Of a stretch of 64,000 bases of DNA, positions 17,621 to 27,570 are shown in pieces. The stretch comes from an uncultured Chloroflexia bacterium (GTDB taxonomy: Bacteria; Chloroflexota; Limnocylindria; Limnocylindrales; CSP1-4). How positions within the stretch are numbered: the stretch's first letter is position 1; every line of letters starts with the position of its first letter. A program made the position numbers and the translations under genes. The stretch lies in the NCBI GenBank assembly GCA_963768655.1, contig CAVYIM010000004.1, forward strand, positions 1-64,000, read 5' to 3'. Under the pieces are notes generated by a model. That model was not told where the DNA came from. It searched no databases and saw only the letters and a program-made list of their open reading frames with translations.

Positions 17621-18861
17621 TGCATGGTCTCCTGGTTGGTCGCCGTGTCAGCGTCCGCTGCCGGCCGCTCCACGGCGGCGGCCCGCTCTTCGACCTTGGC
17701 AGCATCCCACAGCGCGTCCAGCTCGGCCAGCCCCAGATCGCGCAGCTGCACGTTTCGCTCGCGGGCCATCCGCTCGACGCGACGGAACCTCGCCCTGAAC
17801 TTCTCGGACGCGGCGCGGAGCGCGTCCTCGGCGTCGACGCCGTGGCGGCGAGCCAGGTTCGTCACGACGAGGAGCAGATCGCCGACCTCCTCGCGCCTCT
17901 CCGCGGGCGTGGCGGCCGCGTCCAGCTCGGCCAGTTCCTCGTGGACTTTGTCGATGACGCCGACGATGTCGGGCCAGTCGTACCCGAGATGGGCCGCGCG
18001 TTCCTGCATCTCCTGGGCCGCGGCCAGGGCGGGCATGGACCGGGCCACGCCGTCCAGGGCGCTTCGAACCTGCGCCGGTTCGCCTGCCTGGCCGCCCGCC
18101 TGGGCGGCCGCCTGCCGGCCTGCCTCGTCGGCTGCCTGCTCGCGCTCGGCTCGCTTGATCTGCTCCCACTGTCGGTTGACGTCGCTCGCCGTGTTCGCGT
18201 GCGCGTCGCCGAAGACGTGTGGGTGGCGCCGAACGATCTTGCGCCCGATCTCCGCCTGGACGTCGGTCATGTCGAACACGCCGGCCTCGGCCGCGAGCTG
18301 GGCGTGCAGGACGATCTGCAGCAGCAGGTCGCCGAGCTCGCCGGCGAGCTCCGGAGTGGCTTCGTCGCCCAGGGCGTCGTAGACCTCGTACGCTTCCTCG
18401 AGCAGGTTCCTCTTCAGTGAGACGTGGGTCTGCTCGCGATCCCACGGGCAGCCGTCGGGGCGGCGCAGCCGATCGGCGATCCACGGCAGGGCCCAGGGGC
18501 TGGCGGGGGCCAATTCCGGCGACACCGGTCCCAGGTAGAGGGCGCCGTCAAACGCCGCCGGTGAGAGCTCGCCGACGGTGGTCGTCGTCGCGACGCCGAT
18601 CCGGCCGACGAGGTGCTCGGCCGGGTACAGCCGGGCCAGCACGGCGAGAGCCTCCTGGTCCGTCGGGGCATGACGTCCCGGGAGCGGCCTAGCCCCGCCG
18701 GCGGGCGCCTCCGCGTGCAGGACTCTTAGCGGCACCACCAGCAGCGGGCGGGACGGCTCTATCGGAAACGAGGCCAGGCGCTCCGGAGCGACGACCTGCA
18801 GACCTGCGGAGGCATCGAGCCCCCAGCGAATGCGGGCTTCGGCGACGAGCGCGTCGAGCAC
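17617..18861 (-). CDS. mazG: MazG nucleoside triphosphate pyrophosphohydrolase with N-terminal extension
   Basis: LRRPDGCPWDREQTH, EEAYEV, ELGDLLLQIVLHA, KIVRRHPHVFG; second domain EEVGDLL. Confidence 0.92.
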   Translation of the reverse strand: MLDALVAEARIRWGLDASAGLQVVAPERLASFPIEPSRPLLVVPLRVLHAEAPAGGARPLPGRHAPTDQEALAVLARLYPAEHLVGRIGVATTTTVGELSPAAFDGALYLGPVSPELAPASPWALPWIADRLRRPDGCPWDREQTHVSLKRNLLEEAYEVYDALGDEATPELAGELGDLLLQIVLHAQLAAEAGVFDMTDVQAEIGRKIVRRHPHVFGDAHANTASDVNRQWEQIKRAEREQAADEAGRQAAAQAGGQAGEPAQVRSALDGVARSMPALAAAQEMQERAAHLGYDWPDIVGVIDKVHEELAELDAAATPAERREEVGDLLLVVTNLARRHGVDAEDALRAASEKFRARFRRVERMARERNVQLRDLGLAELDALWDAAKVEERAAAVERPAADADTATNQETMQ

Positions 18862-18876
18862 GTTTCCTTCGCAGCG

Positions 18877-20664
18877 CTACGGCGTGGCCGTGGGTGTGAT
18901 GTCGGACAGACCGGACGAGTCGGTCCAGGTGTTGGTCGCGGCCTCCAGATCGCCAAGCCAGCGGCTGAAGACGTTCTGCTTGAGCTTCAACTGCTGCGCG
19001 GCGTCAGGCGTCATGGTTTGCTCGGCAAGAACCTTGAAGAGGTAGTAGCCGTTGCTGTTGGTGACCATGCGGCTGATACCGCCGACGGGAGCCTGGAAGA
19101 TGGCCTGCTGGAGGTCCGACGAGAGCTGATACGGCGTGACCCAACCCATGTCGCCGCCGTTGTCGGCATCGGCCGAGTCGGAGTACTTGGCGGCTTCGTC
19201 CTCGAAGCTGCTGCCGGTGTTGATCCCGAGCTGGGCGTCGGCGATGCGCTGGGCAGGGCCCGGCCGTACGCCCTGGAAGTCAACGAGGACGTATCCCAGT
19301 GACGGCTCGAGGATCGGTTGCAGGAGGCCGGGGGCCAGGCCGGGCGTGAAGATCGCAGACGGCACAGCCTGCATGCCCAGTCCTTGCGAACTGGACGGGT
19401 CGCCAGTGAACACGGTTTGGGGCAGCCACGGGAGGTCGCCGCCCTGGCTGGCGACGTACTGATCGTCGTTGGTCGTCGTGTCCAGGGCCAGCTTGGTGAA
19501 CTGCGTTATGTCTTTCTCGAGGATCGCGTAGTCGGCGTCGGCGCGAGACTTGGCTTCGGTCCATGCCGGGTCGGATTGAGCGACGCTGGAGGCCGAGGAC
19601 GTGTCGTGGTTGGGGGCGAAGATCATCATCTTGATCTTGGCCTCCGGCCCGTCCCCGAGCTGGCTGTACCCGGCCGAGACGAATATCTCCTCGACGTGGC
19701 GGCTGACCATCGGGCCGCTGACGTACTGGCTCTCGACGGACTTCTGGACCGCCGCCTTGAGCGCCTCCGCCCGGGCCGCACTGCGATAGTTGCCCGCATT
19801 GGAGGCCGAGTCGACCGCGGCCTGCCAGCCGCTGTCCACGTATGGCGGGACGATCGACGTTACCGTTGCGAAGCGGTATACGTCGTCCGTGCCCAGGAAC
19901 AGGCCAGTGATGTCATTGACGGCCTGCAGATCGAAGATCGCCTGCGAGAAATCAGGATCGAGGCTGAGCTGAGACTGGGCAGATATGCCTAGGTCGCCGA
20001 CGGAACTGGGGATGCCACTCGACTGCGAGGCCGTGTATGCGTCGTCCCACGTCTGGGTCCCAGCCTTGATCGCATCAATGTATCCCTGGGCCTGGGTCTG
20101 AGCGGCGGCAAGCTGGGCGCTCGTCGGGACGACCGACGGCGCTGTCACGGCCGGCTCGACCCCGATGACCTTCACGTGGCGCAGTTCCGGCAGCGTCCCG
20201 TCCTTCACGATCTGGGCATCGACGTCGGCGTCGCTCACGGAGATGTTGTTCTTTGCCGCGTACTGCTGGATCGTCAGGTCTTCCTGGAGCTGGGTCAGGG
20301 CATCGGAGTACAGCGTTGTGGGATCTTCGGCCGTGGTGATGGCGCTCGTCACCGTCCCGTAGTCGGTGGTCGTCAGCTGACCTTCATCGCGCAGGGTGTC
20401 GTAATCGGTGAGCAGCCGGTCGTCGCGGGCCTGCATGACCGCGGCCTCGCCACGGACGGCGTCCTTGCTGATCGCGACACCTCCGACCGAGCCAACGGCG
20501 GCGCCGTGGTCCGTATACCAGTTGCCGAACAGCACTGCTCCCAGAAGGGCCACCGCGACCACGGTGGCGACGCCGAATGCGACATTCAGGAAGATCGCGC
20601 GCCGACTATCGACCTGGCGAGTGCGGCGGCGCGTGGGCTTCGTGGCTGGGGGCCGGAAGGTCAT
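18877..20664 (-). CDS. Membrane-anchored SurA/PrsA-like peptidylprolyl isomerase with parvulin-type domains
   Basis: N-terminal TM helix; VSDADVDAQI; GGDLPW; FEDEAAKYSD...GGDMGWV...GYYLFKV. Confidence 0.8.
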   Translation of the reverse strand: MTFRPPATKPTRRRTRQVDSRRAIFLNVAFGVATVVAVALLGAVLFGNWYTDHGAAVGSVGGVAISKDAVRGEAAVMQARDDRLLTDYDTLRDEGQLTTTDYGTVTSAITTAEDPTTLYSDALTQLQEDLTIQQYAAKNNISVSDADVDAQIVKDGTLPELRHVKVIGVEPAVTAPSVVPTSAQLAAAQTQAQGYIDAIKAGTQTWDDAYTASQSSGIPSSVGDLGISAQSQLSLDPDFSQAIFDLQAVNDITGLFLGTDDVYRFATVTSIVPPYVDSGWQAAVDSASNAGNYRSAARAEALKAAVQKSVESQYVSGPMVSRHVEEIFVSAGYSQLGDGPEAKIKMMIFAPNHDTSSASSVAQSDPAWTEAKSRADADYAILEKDITQFTKLALDTTTNDDQYVASQGGDLPWLPQTVFTGDPSSSQGLGMQAVPSAIFTPGLAPGLLQPILEPSLGYVLVDFQGVRPGPAQRIADAQLGINTGSSFEDEAAKYSDSADADNGGDMGWVTPYQLSSDLQQAIFQAPVGGISRMVTNSNGYYLFKVLAEQTMTPDAAQQLKLKQNVFSRWLGDLEAATNTWTDSSGLSDITPTATP

Positions 20665-20829
20665 CTGGCTGTCCTGGTGCTGGCTGGTCCCGGCAAGGCA
20701 CGCCGGGGGTGACGAGGCCGTATGCTACCGCATTCCGCCGCCGGACCGGCGGGCGGCCCGGCCGCACGCTGACCCGTGACGATTGTGGCGTCCGCCGCGC
20801 GGCCAGTTCCTGAAAGCAGGGCGCGTCCC

Positions 20830-22056
20830 TCAGCCGCCGCTGCGACCCGCCCTTCGGCCGTCAGCCAGCCGGTCCACCACGGCGTGGTAGGCGACGGCCT
20901 GATGCTCCCAGCTCAGCTCGTCGACTCGCCTGGCGGTGCGGATGACGCGTTCGTCACGGTCCTTCGGGTCGTCCACCAGGTGAATGAGCGCCCTGGCCAG
21001 CGAGTCCGGGTCGCCGGGCTCGTACAGCGACAGGGAGCCCTGCCCGAAGTAGAGCTCGACGGTGGGGAGGCGAGTGGCCGCCACGGGCTTCTCCATGGCG
21101 CCGTACTCGAGGATCTTGGTGGACAGGCTGACTTCCGAGTACGAGTCGAGGCGCGTCGCCGCAATTCCGATGTCGGCACGGGCGACGGCGGCGGCGACGG
21201 CGTCGATGGGGATGCGCCCGGGCATCTCCAGACAATCGGCGATGCCCAACTCCCCGGCCAGGGCCTTCAGCGGCTCTTCCGCGTCGCCGCGACCGTAGAA
21301 CGTGGCCGCGACCTTGAGGGAGGGGCGGTCGTGGCGCAGGGCCGCAACCGCACGGAGCACGACGTCCAGCTCGTAGGTGGGCGTGATCGCGCCCGCATAC
21401 ACGAGCCGGAGCACACCGTCGGCCATGAACTCCCGGCGCGGGTGGGCGGCCGGCGAGAAGAGCCGCAGGTCCGGGCTGTTCATTACGACGGTGAGCCGGT
21501 CGGGATCGGCGCCGCGCGTGCGCAGCCGCTCGGCGAGAGGCTCGTTGACGGTCAGCAGCTCGTTGGCGAGCGCGATCGACATGCGCTCCTGGAGCAGCAG
21601 GAGCCTGTACGAGATCGGGTTCGCCGCCCTGGGGAAACGGCCCCGGAAGAACTCCGGCATCGCCTCGTGCAGATCCAGCAGAACCGGCACTCCGACCATC
21701 TTGAGCGGCAGCGCCGCGACGACCAGGTAATCCGGCAGGGTGTGGACCTGGACCATTCCGTAGTGGCGGCGGCCCTGCGCCTTCGTGGCGGCGAACATCG
21801 CCCGCACCAGGAAGATGCCGTACTCCATCAGGTACACCGGCAGGCCGGCGCCCTGGTGGCGGCGGACCGGCAGCCGGCGCAGGTTCACGCCTTCGATCAC
21901 GGCGGTCTCCGGATCGCCCGGATGCTGGAGACCGATCACGTCGACTTCCCAGCCGGCAGCGACGAGTGACTCGGCTTCGCGGCGGACGCGCGGGTCTTCC
22001 TCGTAGTAGGCATGGACGATCATGCAGATCGGCCGGCGCTTTCCTGGGGCGCTCAT
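20830..22056 (-). CDS. Glycosyltransferase family 4
   Basis: DPRVRREAESL, LDLHEAMPE, TKILEYGAMEKPVAAT. Confidence 0.88.
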   Translation of the reverse strand: MSAPGKRRPICMIVHAYYEEDPRVRREAESLVAAGWEVDVIGLQHPGDPETAVIEGVNLRRLPVRRHQGAGLPVYLMEYGIFLVRAMFAATKAQGRRHYGMVQVHTLPDYLVVAALPLKMVGVPVLLDLHEAMPEFFRGRFPRAANPISYRLLLLQERMSIALANELLTVNEPLAERLRTRGADPDRLTVVMNSPDLRLFSPAAHPRREFMADGVLRLVYAGAITPTYELDVVLRAVAALRHDRPSLKVAATFYGRGDAEEPLKALAGELGIADCLEMPGRIPIDAVAAAVARADIGIAATRLDSYSEVSLSTKILEYGAMEKPVAATRLPTVELYFGQGSLSLYEPGDPDSLARALIHLVDDPKDRDERVIRTARRVDELSWEHQAVAYHAVVDRLADGRRAGRSGG

Positions 22057-23186
22057 GGCCCCACCTCGAGGGGCGGCTTCGCCGCCGCAAGCGCGGCCGA
22101 GATGCGTTCGGCGGCCCCGGCTCGCATCAGACGCAGGCCGGCGGCGCGGTCGGTGGCCTGCCGGGCCGATTGCGCTTGCGGAGCTCGCGCGTCCAGCTCT
22201 CGAACGGCAGCCGACCGATCGAGCCCAACGAGCACGGCCGAGCTATCCGGTCCGCCCACCGTCTCGACCCATTCGGTCGTGTCGCGTAGAACCAGGCACG
22301 GCACGCCGAGCCAGGCCGACTCGCGCTGGACCCCGCCGGAATCCGTGAGGACGGCGGCAGCATGCAGCTGCAGCGCCAGCGACGTGCGATAGCCCTGGGG
22401 CTCGATGACGATGACGTTCGGCGGCAGGAGGACGTGCGCCGCATCGAGCGCGACTCGGGTGCCCGGGTGGAGCGCCAGCACCACCGGTCGGCAGGGCGTG
22501 GCGACCGCACCGAAGAGCCCCGTCCAGGCCGCCAGCGCGTCCGGGCTGCGATTCTCGGCGCGGTGGACCGTGGCGAAGAGGTAGCGGCCCGTCGAGATCG
22601 GCAGGTTCAAGCGTGAGGCGATCGCCGCCAGCACAGCCGGGCCCCGGATCTCGGCCGAGATTCGAGCCGCCAGGTCGAGCATCAGGTCGCCGACCTCGAG
22701 CACGCCGGCGGTGATGCCCTCGGTCGCCAGATTGGCCACGGCAGCGGGCGTGGGTGCAAAGAGCCAGGTGGACAGATGGTCCGCGACGACGCGGTTGATC
22801 TCCTCGGGCATGCGGCGGTCGAAGCTGCGCACGCCCGCCTCGATGTGCGCCACGGGAATGCCGAGCTTCGCCGCCGCCAGTGCGCCGGCCAGCGTGGAGT
22901 TCGTGTCGCCGTAGACGACCACGGCGTCCGGGGCAGTGGCCTGGAGGAGCGGCTCCAGTGCGATCAGCATCCTGCCCGTCTGGTCCCCGTGGCCGCCGCC
23001 ACTGACGCCCAGGCTATGGTCCGGCGGCGCCAGGCCCAGTTCGGCGAAGAAGTTGCCGGCCATGGCGTCGTCGTAGTGTTGGCCCGTGTCCACGAAGGTG
23101 TCGTCGTGGTCACGGCGAAGCACGGGCTGCAGCGCCGCTGCCTTGATCAGCTGCGGCCGCGTTCCGACGACGCTGACGATGCGCAC
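22053..23186 (-). CDS. wecB: Non-hydrolysing UDP-N-acetylglucosamine 2-epimerase (WecB/WbpI family)
   Basis: GTRPQLIK, TGQHYD, VYGDTNSTLAGA, HIEAGVRS, PEEINR, TDSGGVQRE. Confidence 0.9.
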   Translation of the reverse strand: MRIVSVVGTRPQLIKAAALQPVLRRDHDDTFVDTGQHYDDAMAGNFFAELGLAPPDHSLGVSGGGHGDQTGRMLIALEPLLQATAPDAVVVYGDTNSTLAGALAAAKLGIPVAHIEAGVRSFDRRMPEEINRVVADHLSTWLFAPTPAAVANLATEGITAGVLEVGDLMLDLAARISAEIRGPAVLAAIASRLNLPISTGRYLFATVHRAENRSPDALAAWTGLFGAVATPCRPVVLALHPGTRVALDAAHVLLPPNVIVIEPQGYRTSLALQLHAAAVLTDSGGVQRESAWLGVPCLVLRDTTEWVETVGGPDSSAVLVGLDRSAAVRELDARAPQAQSARQATDRAAGLRLMRAGAAERISAALAAAKPPLEVGP

Positions 23187-23198
23187 CGTCGGCAACCG

Positions 23199-24629
23199 CT
23201 AGGGGTGAGCGGCGGCTCGGCGCCGCGTGGCGGCCTGAACCCCGATCCCGAAGTAGCGTACCGAGGCCGGCAGGTCGATCTCGCGCAGGCTGTTCCGCCC
23301 GTCGAAGAGGACTTCCAGCTGCGGGAAGAGCGAGAAATCCAGCGACCGCCACAGCCGATCGCCGGTCTGGGTGACGATTGCCCGGAACGGCGCCGGGTCG
23401 CCCCAGTGATAGGGCTTCGCGCAGTTGCGTTCGATCTCCTCGTCAGAGAGGAGCGGGTCGTAGGCCCAGACTTCGGCGCCGTGGAATCCGAGCCGATCGA
23501 TCAGCGGCAGGGCCCGGGAATACGCCAGCTCCTTGACGTTCTCGCGGTAGGTCAGGCCCAGGACCAGGATCGGGGCGTCGTCCAGGCCGCCGAGCTGGCC
23601 CTCGATCGTCTTTATGACCGAGCCGAGCACGCCGTCGTTCGTCCGCCGGGAAGTGGCCACTACCTCCAGATCCGGCGCGCGGCTCAAGAGCAGGTGCGGG
23701 TACACCGGTATGCAGTGCCCGCCCACGCCGATTCCCGGCTGGTGGATATGCGAATACGGCTGGCTATTGGCCGCGTCGATCACTTCCTGGACGTCTACGC
23801 CGGCGCGGTCGGCGAAACGGGCGAACTCGTTGGCCAGGGCGATGTTGACGTCGCGGTAGGTGGTGTCGGCGAGCTTGCTGAACTCGGCCGCTTCGGCGCC
23901 GCTCATGGCCACGATCTCGGCGTCCAGGACAGAGTCGTAGAAGACCGCGGCCCGGCGCGTGGATTCCGGACCGACGCCGCCAACCAGCTTGGGGTACGTG
24001 GCCAGGTTGGCGAAGACGGCGCCCGAATACAGCCGTTCCGGCGAGAACGCCACGAACAGGTCCCTGTCGCCGTGCAGGCCGGCCGCCGCCTCGATCCGCG
24101 GCAGGAACCGGCCGCGCGTGTCACCGACGGGGAGAGTGGTTTCGAAGATGACGGTCAGGCCCGCGTGGACGCCGCCCAGGATCGACTCCACGGCCGAATC
24201 CATGAAGCGGTAGTCCGGCTGGTGGGCGTCGTCGAGCATGACAGGCACGATCAGCACCGCCACGTCCGCACCGCGAACTGCCCCGGCGGCATCCGCCGTC
24301 GCGCGCAAACGGCCCGCGGCGTGGACTTCCGCCACTCCCTCTGGCAGGCCGGGTTCCTCGGTCACGTGCGAGCGGCCGGCATTGACCGCGACCACGACGT
24401 CGGGGTTGACGTCTACGGCCGTCACGTCCCAACCGTGGCGCGCGAACTGCACGGCCAGCGGCAGGCCCATCTTGCCGGCGCCCACGACGACGGCCCGGCC
24501 GACAGTGCCCGCCTCGCCCGTCCAGGGCGCAACGGATCTGGGCTTGCCGTGGGTGCAGGGGTTGACCGGTGGCGTGATGGCGCCGCCCAGGAAACTCGGG
24601 ACGCGCGAGGGGCTCGAGACGATACTCAT
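23199..24629 (-). CDS. UDP-N-acetylhexosamine 6-dehydrogenase (WbpA/WecC family)
   Basis: GAGKMGLPLA, FSPERL, YRDVNIALANE, PGIGVGGHCIPV; ATGA overlap at 24626-24629. Confidence 0.88.
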   Translation of the reverse strand: MSIVSSPSRVPSFLGGAITPPVNPCTHGKPRSVAPWTGEAGTVGRAVVVGAGKMGLPLAVQFARHGWDVTAVDVNPDVVVAVNAGRSHVTEEPGLPEGVAEVHAAGRLRATADAAGAVRGADVAVLIVPVMLDDAHQPDYRFMDSAVESILGGVHAGLTVIFETTLPVGDTRGRFLPRIEAAAGLHGDRDLFVAFSPERLYSGAVFANLATYPKLVGGVGPESTRRAAVFYDSVLDAEIVAMSGAEAAEFSKLADTTYRDVNIALANEFARFADRAGVDVQEVIDAANSQPYSHIHQPGIGVGGHCIPVYPHLLLSRAPDLEVVATSRRTNDGVLGSVIKTIEGQLGGLDDAPILVLGLTYRENVKELAYSRALPLIDRLGFHGAEVWAYDPLLSDEEIERNCAKPYHWGDPAPFRAIVTQTGDRLWRSLDFSLFPQLEVLFDGRNSLREIDLPASVRYFGIGVQAATRRRAAAHP

Positions 24630-25651
24630 TCGGCGTTCAGCCTCGAAGGTAGGTCCGACAGGTCGATCGGGCGCCGCTCGGCAGCGGCCGTAAGGAGAGC
24701 ATTGGCGATCGCCACCGCCCACAACCCGTCCTCACCCGGCACGTACGGTCGATCGCCGGTTCGCAGGACCCGGACGAACTCGTCGAGCTGGGCCCGCAGC
24801 GGCTCGACGCTGACGACCGGGATCTCGGCTACGTCACCGGCGAAGGTCGTGGCATATCCGGAGATCAGCTCCGGCCGCTCGACGTCGGATCGGGTGAAGG
24901 TCAGCTTCTGGGTCAGGTAGTCCAGCTCGAACATGCCCTCCTCGCCGACGGCGGTGAGGTTGCGGCGCTTGGCGGGCGTCAGCCAGTCCACGTCGAGGAA
25001 CCCCGTGGCGCCCGACGGGAAGTGCATCAGGCCGAACGTGAGGTCCTCGTGAGTGGCGTGGATCCGTTGCGCGGTCTCGGCGTAGACCCGGACCGGCCGC
25101 TCACCGGCAATCCAGGACAGCATGTCCACGTCGTGAGTGCCCAGGTCGACGGTCACGCCCACGTCGCGGATGCGGGCCGGGAACGGCCCGGCCCGGCGGC
25201 TGGTGATGGCATAGATCGTGGACAGCCAGCCGGCTCGCAGCAAGCGGCCCATCTCCAGGACCGCCGGGTTGTAGCGCTCCACGTGGCCCACCTGGACGGC
25301 CACGCCGCGTTTCCGGGCGGCTGTGACGATCGCAATGGCGTCGTCCACCGTGGCCGCGAGCGGCTTCTCGACCAGGACGGGCAGGCCCCGCTCGATGGCG
25401 GCCAGGGCCAGAGCCGTGTGATGTGTAGTTGGAGCCGCCACGATCACGCCGTCGAGGTCCGCCTGGGCGATCATCGCCAGTGGATCGGCGAAGCCCCTCG
25501 CGCCGGTCTGGTCGACCGCGGCCGACAGTGCTGCCTCGGTCGGGTCGGCTACGGCGGCGAGAACCGTGTCGGGGTGGTTCGAGATGACCCGCAGGTGGTT
25601 GCGGCCCATTGAGCCCAGCCCGGCCAGGCCGAGTCGCAGGGGGGCGGTCAC
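24626..25651 (-). CDS. Gfo/Idh/MocA oxidoreductase (WbpB/WlbA-like)
   Basis: GLGSMGRNH, VEKPLA, GHVERYNPAV, DLGTHDVD. Confidence 0.88.
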   Translation of the reverse strand: MTAPLRLGLAGLGSMGRNHLRVISNHPDTVLAAVADPTEAALSAAVDQTGARGFADPLAMIAQADLDGVIVAAPTTHHTALALAAIERGLPVLVEKPLAATVDDAIAIVTAARKRGVAVQVGHVERYNPAVLEMGRLLRAGWLSTIYAITSRRAGPFPARIRDVGVTVDLGTHDVDMLSWIAGERPVRVYAETAQRIHATHEDLTFGLMHFPSGATGFLDVDWLTPAKRRNLTAVGEEGMFELDYLTQKLTFTRSDVERPELISGYATTFAGDVAEIPVVSVEPLRAQLDEFVRVLRTGDRPYVPGEDGLWAVAIANALLTAAAERRPIDLSDLPSRLNAE

Positions 25652-26757
25652 GGCCTACGCTCTCCAGCGGTGGACGCGTGGCGCACGACCGATGCCCGGA
25701 GCGCGGCGATGACCTGGTCCTGCTCGGGCTCGGTCAGGCCCGGGTACATCGGCAGCGACATGCTCGTCGCCGCCGCGGCGTCCGTCACTGGCAGGTCCGC
25801 TTCGATGCCCAGCTCCAGCACGTAGGCTGCCTTGTGGCAGGGGATCGGGTAGTAGATGCCGCAGATCACGCCGGCTTCCCTCATCTCGTCGACGATCTGA
25901 TCGCGAGCGGGGCCGACCGAAAGCGTGTACTGGTGGTAGACGTGAGTCCGGCCCTCCGGGCAAATCGGCAGCCGGACCGGCAGGTCGGCGAACGCCTCGT
26001 CGTAGCGCCGGGCGACCGCCTGGCGGCGGGCCGTATTGCGCTCGAGCTTGTCGAGCTGGACGAGCCCGATGGCTGCCGCGATGTCAGTCATGCGGAAGTT
26101 GTAGCCCAGGATCTCGTGGTGGTAGCGCTGGCGCATGCCCTGGTTTCGGTACAGCTTGACCCAGTCGGCCAGGCGGTCGTCGTTGGTGTTTATGAAGCCG
26201 CCCTCGGCCGTGGTCATGTTCTTGGTGCCGTATAGGCTGAAGGCCGCGGTGCCGAAGCTGCCGGCGCGCCGGCCACGATACAGCGCCCCGTGGGCCTGGC
26301 AGGCGTCCTCTACGACCACCAGCCCGTGGCGGTCGGCGATCGCCTGAATGGCGTCCATGTCCGCGACGACGCCGAAGAGGCTGACCGGGCAGATCGCCCG
26401 GGTCCGAGGCGTGATGGCGGCCTCGATCCGGCCGGCGTCCATCAGGTATGTGTCCGGCTCGATGTCGACAAAGACGGGCGTGGCGCCGGTGAAGAGTATC
26501 GAGCTGACCGTCGCGTTGAAGGTGTGCGAGACGGTGATCACCTCGTCACCGGGCCCGAGACCGAGTCCGGCCCAGATCGACATCAGGGCCGTGGTGCCGT
26601 TCGACATGGCAATGGCGTGCTTGCTGCCGCAGAACTCCGCCCACCGCTCCTCGAGCTCGGCGACCCTGCGGCCACCGGCGATCATGCCGCTGGCGAGGAC
26701 TTCGGCGACGGCGGCCGTCTCCTCGGGGCCGAGATCGGGGCGGGCGGGCGGGATCAT
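25648..26757 (-). CDS. DegT/DnrJ/EryC1/StrS aminotransferase (WbpE/WlbC-like)
   Basis: SNGTTAL, EDACQAHGA, FSLYGTKNMTTAEGG, GYNFRMTD. Confidence 0.9.
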   Translation of the reverse strand: MIPPARPDLGPEETAAVAEVLASGMIAGGRRVAELEERWAEFCGSKHAIAMSNGTTALMSIWAGLGLGPGDEVITVSHTFNATVSSILFTGATPVFVDIEPDTYLMDAGRIEAAITPRTRAICPVSLFGVVADMDAIQAIADRHGLVVVEDACQAHGALYRGRRAGSFGTAAFSLYGTKNMTTAEGGFINTNDDRLADWVKLYRNQGMRQRYHHEILGYNFRMTDIAAAIGLVQLDKLERNTARRQAVARRYDEAFADLPVRLPICPEGRTHVYHQYTLSVGPARDQIVDEMREAGVICGIYYPIPCHKAAYVLELGIEADLPVTDAAAATSMSLPMYPGLTEPEQDQVIAALRASVVRHASTAGERRP

Positions 26758-27416
26758 GCTGGGTCTCCTAGGTTCGAAGCGGGCCTCTCTTCGAGCGCGC
26801 CGCTCTGTGGATTGAAGGCGTATCGGCGACCGCAACGTGAGCAGCCGAGCGACGCGTCGGGGGTGGGGTTGGGAGTGGCCGGGCGGTCCGTCTCGTCTTC
26901 GAGGCGGGCGCCGCAGGCGCACACCCAGCCCAGGCGGCGGGCCGGGTTGCCGGCCACGAGCGCGAAGTCGGGCACGTCGCGAGTGACGACGGCACCTGCG
27001 CCCACGGTGGCGAAGCGGCCGATTCGGGCGCCGGCGACTACGACCGCGCCGGCGCCGATCGAGCAGCCGTCCGCGAGCTCGATCGGGCTGACAGTCCAGT
27101 CGTCGCCCCGGGCCAGCTCGCCGCTGGCGCTGATCGCCCGCGGGTAGCGGTCGTTGGTCAGGATGGCACCGGGACCGATGAAGACGCCGTTGCCGACCGA
27201 CACGCCGTGGTACACGAGCGCGCCATTCTGGACCTTGACTCGATCGCCGAGATGCACGCCCTCATCGATGAAGACGTCCCGACCGATGACGCATTCGGCG
27301 CCCAGGCTGGCTCCGTTGCGAAGCACCGCGCGGTTCCAGACGCTCGTCCGAGGTCCCACCGAAACGTCCGCTTCGACGTCGACGGACGCATGCACCCGAG
27401 CTGTGGGATCGATCAC
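26754..27416 (-). CDS. Hexapeptide N-acetyltransferase (WbpD/WlbB-like)
   Basis: Hexapeptide repeats, FIGPGAILTNDRYPRA, VAGNPARRLGWVCACG. Confidence 0.88.
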   Translation of the reverse strand: MIDPTARVHASVDVEADVSVGPRTSVWNRAVLRNGASLGAECVIGRDVFIDEGVHLGDRVKVQNGALVYHGVSVGNGVFIGPGAILTNDRYPRAISASGELARGDDWTVSPIELADGCSIGAGAVVVAGARIGRFATVGAGAVVTRDVPDFALVAGNPARRLGWVCACGARLEDETDRPATPNPTPDASLGCSRCGRRYAFNPQSGALEERPASNLGDPA

Positions 27417-27570
27417 GAAGAACTCCTGTGACAGAACGGAGATCGACTGAGGGATCTCTCGGGACGCCGCTCAGCAGGCGATTGAGTATACCGGACGGCC
27501 TCCCGGCGAGCCGGAGGCAGGCGCCTCCCGGGATCAAGCCTTCTCGCCGAGAGGTTGAAGACGGGTGGCT

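Noticed and set aside
22776-24920. Long shadow ORFs (e.g. 22776..24920, 28484..30403, 46997..49081, 1140..3332, 14467..16299)
   Set aside because: They lie opposite well-supported genes, have Arg/Gly/Ala-rich composition without motifs, and are expected in high-GC DNA.
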